Source: Candidatus Woesearchaeota archaeon
Lineage (GTDB): Archaea > Nanobdellota > Nanobdellia > Pacearchaeales > GW2011-AR1
DNA length: 33,771 nt
Direction: 5' to 3'
Assembly (NCBI GenBank): GCA_964388875.1
Contig: CAYMCA010000005.1
Coordinates: 1 to 33,771, forward strand
Part shown: in pieces, positions 32,004 to 33,771 of the stretch
How positions within the stretch are numbered: position 1 is the stretch's first letter
Layout of the letters: each line of letters begins with the position of its first letter
Position numbers and translations under genes: made by a program
The notes under the pieces: generated by a model
What the model was told of the DNA's origin: nothing
What the model saw: the letters and a program-made list of their open reading frames with translations, nothing else
The model's database searches: none

Positions 32004-33467
32004 TTACTTCACCTCAACAATAAATTTCCCCTCTTTAATTGATATAAATATCCCTTCATCTTTAAGATGATTTTTTAGATGTGATGAAGTTTTGAAAGAA
32101 TCTTGGTTTTCCTTAATATACTTCTTAATAGCATCTTTATTATAAACCTTTTTCAAAAATTTAAATAATATCACTATATCTGTCCAGTGTCCTCTAAGTA
32201 GTTCTTTTTTATTGTTAATAAATTTTAGTGTTTTTTGTTTGTCTATTTGTGATAATCTTTCTAATAAGGAGACATGTTCCTCAATTTTCTTCCAATCAAA
32301 ATTATCTTTTATAAATTCATAGTCATTTATTTGAGAAGATAAGTATGTAAGCTGTTTTTTGTTGTACTCTGTATTTTCATCTTGCAATAAAAGCTTTTTT
32401 GTAATTTCTTCATTTCTAAAATTATTTTTTATAAATAAATCTACAATATCTTTTAGCCTGTCAACTATATCCTGATTTTCCTCCACAGCAGTTTCAAACT
32501 GCTCAAAATTATTCACAATAGTATCAAAATCTTTCTCATATACTCCTACCATAAACAAAAGATTCTTATTTTTTAGAGATTCTGCAAGACCTTTAATAAA
32601 AGAAATCTTTTCTTCAATAAAATTGTATAAGATATGTTTGTTTGAATTATCTACATTCTTTTTTACTTCCAAAAGAGGGGGATTTTTTAGATTCAGAAGA
32701 AATTTAAGATATTCTTCTTTAGGAAAAGCTTTTTTAATCTTATCTTTAAATTCTTTAAAGGACTCTGCTTCATTAATTATCTCATCTCTGAGGGGCTCTC
32801 TTCTTATTATTTCATTTACTTTATTCTCTTGCAATGATTTTTTAACAATTAACTCTATTAGTTTTTCATTTAAATCAAATAATCCCGCATCATATTCTTC
32901 GTCTTCCCAATGTTCATAGTTCTCATTGTATTCATCACTTTCACAGATTTTGTCTGTAATTTCATCGTGATGAGTATCAATATAATCATGCAATTCTAAC
33001 AATTGTTCAAAAGAAAGCACAGGCAAAAGAGCTTCTGCTTCTTTAATTTTATCCGAAGAAATATTCTTTTTGAATGATTTTATAAAATCTTTTTTATTTG
33101 TGTTTTTTCTTATATTATGCTTAATTATCCAATCAGGATTATCCTGCAATTTTGATAATATCATTTCTTTAAGCTCATTACTGCTCATTTTATTGAGGCT
33201 TTTAATAAAATCTTCAGTATCCCAAAACTTACCCTTTTCATAAATTAAATAAAGAGCAACTGCATGTTTGCAGTTAGTTCCATATGGGCAGGAACAATCT
33301 CCATCAAGAGAATCTAAGTCTACCTCTGTTTTGTAAGTTGTAGAGCCTTCAACTTTTCCAAAAATAAAATTATTAATTTTTATACAATATTTAACAGAGT
33401 CTAAATATCCCTTTCCTCTTTCAATTACCTTTTCAGAATATTTATCTTCAATATCCATTTTTCCCAT
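32004..33467 (-). CDS. SWIM zinc-finger protein with a long acidic helical C-terminal region (487 aa)
   Basis: The N-terminal pattern RGKGYL...V......FGKVEGSTTYKTEV......CSCPYGTNCKHAVALYL matches the SWIM CxCxnCxH signature. The stop lies 4 nt before the helicase ATG. Confidence 0.8.
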   Translation of the reverse strand: MGKMDIEDKYSEKVIERGKGYLDSVKYCIKINNFIFGKVEGSTTYKTEVDLDSLDGDCSCPYGTNCKHAVALYLIYEKGKFWDTEDFIKSLNKMSSNELKEMILSKLQDNPDWIIKHNIRKNTNKKDFIKSFKKNISSDKIKEAEALLPVLSFEQLLELHDYIDTHHDEITDKICESDEYNENYEHWEDEEYDAGLFDLNEKLIELIVKKSLQENKVNEIIRREPLRDEIINEAESFKEFKDKIKKAFPKEEYLKFLLNLKNPPLLEVKKNVDNSNKHILYNFIEEKISFIKGLAESLKNKNLLFMVGVYEKDFDTIVNNFEQFETAVEENQDIVDRLKDIVDLFIKNNFRNEEITKKLLLQDENTEYNKKQLTYLSSQINDYEFIKDNFDWKKIEEHVSLLERLSQIDKQKTLKFINNKKELLRGHWTDIVILFKFLKKVYNKDAIKKYIKENQDSFKTSSHLKNHLKDEGIFISIKEGKFIVEVK

Positions 33468-33690
33468 CCTTTAAATCAAAATCATAAAATCCATCTTTTT
33501 GCCGTGGCTGTTTCATCATCTTCTTGTAATAATCAGGATAATTCCGCTTTATTCTTTCAAGCTTTATTTTTAGGTACCTGTTTTTGCATTTATCCGAGCA
33601 AAACAATAAAACCTTTTCATCCCTGAATTGGGGGGAGAGCCAGATTCCTGAATCAAATTCCTTATGGCAGGCTTTGCATTTTTCACCTAT
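33448..33690 (-). CDS. TRASH/FCS-like zinc-ribbon ORF lacking a canonical start codon
   Basis: Own translation: (I)GEKCKACHKEFDSGIWLSPQFRDEKVLLFCSDKCKNRYLKIKLERIKRNYPDYYKKMMKQPRQKDGFYDFDLKDGKNGY*. The C-x2-C-x22-C-x3-C pattern with FCS matches the TRASH pattern. The frame opens after TAA 33694-96, and the only early candidate start is ATA 33690, 5 nt after GGAGGT. It overlaps the SWIM start by 20 nt. Confidence 0.4.
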   Translation of the reverse strand: MGEKCKACHKEFDSGIWLSPQFRDEKVLLFCSDKCKNRYLKIKLERIKRNYPDYYKKMMKQPRQKDGFYDFDLKDGKNGY

Positions 33691-33771
33691 CCTTTACCTC
33701 CCAGCTTCCGCCTTTATCAGTGCCAATTCTTTTAAGCCTGCCAGATTCTTTAAGTCTTTTAATTATCTTTT
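33683..33771 (-). CDS. 3' end of a gene whose product ends in a wHTH-like tail (...KIIKRLKESGRLKRIGTDKGGSWEVKDR*); the N-terminus lies outside the window
   Basis: Own minus-strand translation, open to the window edge, with stop TGA at 33683-85. A G-x-x-KGG-x-WEV ending is common in C-terminal wHTH modules of ATPase/AlbA_2-type regulators. This is pattern recognition only. Confidence 0.4.
   Translation of the reverse strand, partial: KIIKRLKESGRLKRIGTDKGGSWEVKDR

Noticed and set aside
1-33771. Bacterial (for example CPR) origin, suggested by strong GGAGGT SD sites and an HPF-like ORF
   Set aside because: L18e, L21e, RpoD(Rpo3)/RpoF(Rpo4), DUF655, the S13-S4-S11-RpoD order and the class II tRNA-Leu with A73 are archaeal hallmarks. 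SD usage is also common in many archaea.

Overview
Low-GC archaeal chromosome fragment. The archaeal assignment rests on e-type ribosomal proteins L18e and L21e, RNA polymerase subunits D (Rpo3) and F (Rpo4), the S13-S4-S11-RpoD / L18e-L13-S9 gene order, XerA and DUF655. A small-genome DPANN-like lineage is only a guess. All calls come from reading the sequence and the supplied ORF track; no searches or numeric composition calculations were run. The track translates TTG/GTG first codons as M, so I trimmed several starts to a nearby ATG after checking the codons by hand. Layout: (1) 1-6.3 kb holds housekeeping genes on the minus strand: CoaB-like, metallophosphoesterase, PRPP synthetase, Lhr helicase and NUDIX. 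(2) 6.3-8.9 kb holds three HTH proteins, two of them convergent paralogs with repeat-encoded linkers, surrounded by repeat-rich non-coding DNA. (3) 8.9-15.6 kb is accessory-looking. It has four 58-91 aa membrane proteins with perfect GGAGGT Shine-Dalgarno sites, a VIT1/CCC1 transporter, TspO, an orphan three-gene operon and nested hairpin repeats. (4) 15.7-20 kb holds two tandem HAD hydrolases, XerA, an AbrB-nucleotidyltransferase fusion and a DUF3800-like pair. (5) 20-25.9 kb is a long minus-strand ribosomal protein / RNA polymerase cluster with a tRNA-Leu and an HPF/RaiA-like ORF at its head. (6) 26-33.8 kb is a visibly more AT-rich island. A roughly 67-130 nt repeat occurs three times there and brackets an AAA+ (DUF4143) ATPase gene and an AbiEii/AbiEi pair. 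It is followed by a tightly coupled minus-strand operon: wHTH tail, TRASH-like Zn ribbon, SWIM Zn-finger protein, UvrD-like SF1 helicase and an orphan HsdS-type target-recognition domain. I consider this operon, together with the repeat-delimited cassette structure beside it, the best candidate for an undescribed system in the window.
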